A stretch of 64,000 bases of DNA from Chloroflexota bacterium. GTDB taxonomy: Bacteria; Chloroflexota; Dehalococcoidia; Lucifugimonadales; Australimonadaceae. The position numbers were made by a program, and so were the translations under genes. The notes under the pieces are model-generated. The model made no database searches. It was not told the DNA's origin and saw nothing but the letters and a program-made list of their open reading frames with translations. The stretch lies in assembly GCA_028874795.1 (NCBI GenBank), contig JAPPHT010000008.1:77968-141967 (forward strand), in the 5' to 3' direction. Below are positions 62,246 to 64,000 of the stretch, one piece after another. The number at the start of each line of letters is the position of its first letter. Position 1 is the first letter of the stretch.

Positions 62246-63025
62246 CTATTGGCGTGTCGTCCAGTTGCCCGCGTGGATGCTGTCGATGATCGACTTCATC
62301 ACGTCGTACATGAACTTGGCCGAGTCCGGGCGCCCGTCCTCCCGTCCGATGGTGGCGTGGGAGTAGCCGGTGCCGCTCACCATCACCTGGATCTTGCCGT
62401 CGGCCTCAGGCGGGGCCTGCCCGCCGATGACGGGGATGCGCAGGCCGGCGCACACGTCCGCGTAGATGTCGGGCGTGACGTTCGTGAGGTCGATCATCGC
62501 GGCGCCTGCGTCCTCGATCTTGTGCGCCCACTTCTCGATGTAGCCGTGGACCTCGGGACCGCCCTGGATGCCGCGGGCCGCTCCCTGCGTCGGGAAGCCG
62601 ATCTGGGGGTAGGCGTGCAGGCCGACCTCCTGCACGGCATGGACCTCCTCGAAGAGCTCCTCCTCGTGCGTCCGGATATCGATCTTGCACATGTCCACGC
62701 CCGCCTCTTCCTTGAACCGCTTCGCGGCGGCGGCGACCGCCTCCACCCCGGCAGCCGAGGGCACGGTGGGCATGTCCACGCTCACGATGGCGCGCTCGCG
62801 CCCGCGCACGACCGCCCGGGCGAACGGGATCATGTCGTCCACGGTGCACTCGTCGACGTGGTCGTGGCCGAGCATGTTCCGTCCGAGGCTGTCGCCGACC
62901 GACAGCACGTCCACACCCGCCTTCTCGCATATCTTCGTCATCTGGAACTCGTAGACGACCGCCGCAGCGATCTTCCGCCCGTTACGCTTCATCTCGTGCA
63001 GGTCTTCAACAGTCAACATCGCCAT
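62246..63025 (-). CDS. panB: 3-methyl-2-oxobutanoate hydroxymethyltransferase-like protein (PanB family)
   Basis: LTVEDLHEMKRNGRKI...GVDVLSVGDSLG...VSVDMP resembles PanB. 259 aa. AAGGAGGG upstream. Confidence 0.7.
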   Translation of the reverse strand: MAMLTVEDLHEMKRNGRKIAAAVVYEFQMTKICEKAGVDVLSVGDSLGRNMLGHDHVDECTVDDMIPFARAVVRGRERAIVSVDMPTVPSAAGVEAVAAAAKRFKEEAGVDMCKIDIRTHEEELFEEVHAVQEVGLHAYPQIGFPTQGAARGIQGGPEVHGYIEKWAHKIEDAGAAMIDLTNVTPDIYADVCAGLRIPVIGGQAPPEADGKIQVMVSGTGYSHATIGREDGRPDSAKFMYDVMKSIIDSIHAGNWTTRQ

Positions 63026-63074
63026 CGTTCCCTCCTTGTATGGGCCTCTGGGTGCGCACTCCGCGCACCCTGGA

Positions 63075-63144
63075 CCGGTTCACCCTCATCCCCGCATCAA
63101 GTGCGGGGCAGGCTCTGACCTTCCCCCCTCAAGGGGAAGGGATC
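63075..63144 (-). repeat. Family A composite hairpin repeat (inverted orientation)
   Basis: ccggttcaccctcatccccgcatcaagtgcggggcaggctctgaccttcccccctcaaggggaagggatc. Confidence 0.8.
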
Positions 63145-63148
63145 ACGC

Positions 63149-64000
63149 TCAGGGCAGCGGCAGCTCGACCCATCCGCCCCGGGCGAGCGAGAGGGCCGAC
63201 GCCTCCAGGAACTCGATGTTCTTCACGCCGTCCTGGAAGGTGTCGCGCTCCTCCACGTCCTCGCCGCGCACGAGGCGCACGAAGTCTTCCTCCGCGTGCC
63301 ACGTCTCTTCCAGCCCCTCGGGGACCGGCAGGGGGCCCAACGCGTCGTCGCCCCGGCGCGCGCCCAGCAGGTCGCCTCTCCGCGGATAGACGAGCGTTCC
63401 TTCCTCCCCGTAGATCTCGACGCGCTCCTCGCCGAAGAGCGTCACTCCGCTCTGGATGCAGGTCACGGTCGCGCCTCCCTGCATCTCGGCGATCACCGTC
63501 AGGGCGTCCGGCATCTCGACGTCGATGGGGTCGCCGCCGGGGCCGTCGGTCCGGCGGGACGTGAACGTGCGTCCCCATGCAAGGACGCGGTCCGGGTCGC
63601 CGAACCAGGGGCGAAGCACGTCCCAGTCGAGGCCCAGGTGCAGGGGATTGACCGCCCCGAACATGCGATGGTCCTGGCGGCGCAACAGCGGCGCCGAGCC
63701 GTCCGCATAGTCCGGGACCAGGTAGTGGGCAAACACCTGGCGCACCGGGCCTATGTAGCCGTCGTCCAGGAGGTGCTTCACGTACCGTCGCGCGCGCTCG
63801 TACGAGGCCGGCGGCACCAGGCGGGCCTTCAGGCCCATCTCCTCCGCCTTGCCCAGCATCTCCCGCGCTTCCCGAAGGCTCGTGGCCATGCGGGTCTGGC
63901 ACAGCACGTGCTTCCCGGCCTCGAGCGCGCCCATGACGGCCTCGTGGTGGAAGTAGGGCTGGGTGCCGACCAGCACTGCGTCGACGTCGTCCCGCGCCAC
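63149..64000 (-). CDS. Gfo/Idh/MocA family oxidoreductase, C-terminal about 283 codons (N-terminus beyond the right edge)
   Basis: DAVLVGTQPYFHHEAVMGALEAGKHVLCQTRMA is the end of the Rossmann domain (EKP-like region), followed by the alpha/beta C-terminal domain. The frame is open to position 64000. Confidence 0.8.
   Translation of the reverse strand: MARDDVDAVLVGTQPYFHHEAVMGALEAGKHVLCQTRMATSLREAREMLGKAEEMGLKARLVPPASYERARRYVKHLLDDGYIGPVRQVFAHYLVPDYADGSAPLLRRQDHRMFGAVNPLHLGLDWDVLRPWFGDPDRVLAWGRTFTSRRTDGPGGDPIDVEMPDALTVIAEMQGGATVTCIQSGVTLFGEERVEIYGEEGTLVYPRRGDLLGARRGDDALGPLPVPEGLEETWHAEEDFVRLVRGEDVEERDTFQDGVKNIEFLEASALSLARGGWVELPLP

Overview
The window is 64 kb of high-GC DNA, about 70% by hand counts of sample lines. 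It is densely packed and mostly housekeeping. Gene content and repeat style suggest a Chloroflexota- or Actinomycetota-like organism, but I cannot confirm this without a database search. I support about 57 protein-coding genes and two tRNAs. The coding genes cover these functions:
- Fe-S cluster handling: an IscA-family protein and ygfZ.
- Lipid synthesis: a hot-dog dehydratase pair, plsX and fabG.
- Nucleotide and cofactor supply: nadK, prs, purM, purA, ispH, panB.
- Amino-acid synthesis: hisH, hisA, dapB, asd.
- Central metabolism: aconitase, gpmA.
- Trehalose metabolism: two TreT-like glycosyltransferases and a ROK kinase.
- Translation: selB.
- Transport: four MFS transporters.
- Regulation: an ECF sigma factor with an anti-sigma/vWA partner, a MarR regulator and a fused histidine kinase/response regulator.

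The tRNAs are Lys-CTT and an atypical Asp-GTC. Nearly every longer intergenic gap holds several families of short GC-rich hairpin repeats. These repeats generate many of the spurious ORFs in the supplied track.

The best candidate for something new is an orphan 1,705-aa ORF at 53141-58258. It fuses a DEDDh exonuclease, a complete RecQ-type helicase, a complete UvrD-type helicase and two unassigned regions. It sits in a lower-GC islet bracketed by inverted copies of one repeat family.

Secondary points:
- A frameshifted tandem methyltransferase paralogue.
- A surface-protein gene broken inside a 24-bp coding repeat array.
- A prs-coupled DUF3090 plus PI3/4-kinase-like gene pair.
- A candidate small RNA antisense to the anticodon arm of tRNA-Asp.
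- A recurrent TGnTAnnnT promoter sitting 6-10 nt upstream of start codons, which implies leaderless mRNAs.
- selB with no other selenium-related gene in view.

Everything here is read by eye from the sequence and the ORF track. No searches or computations were run.
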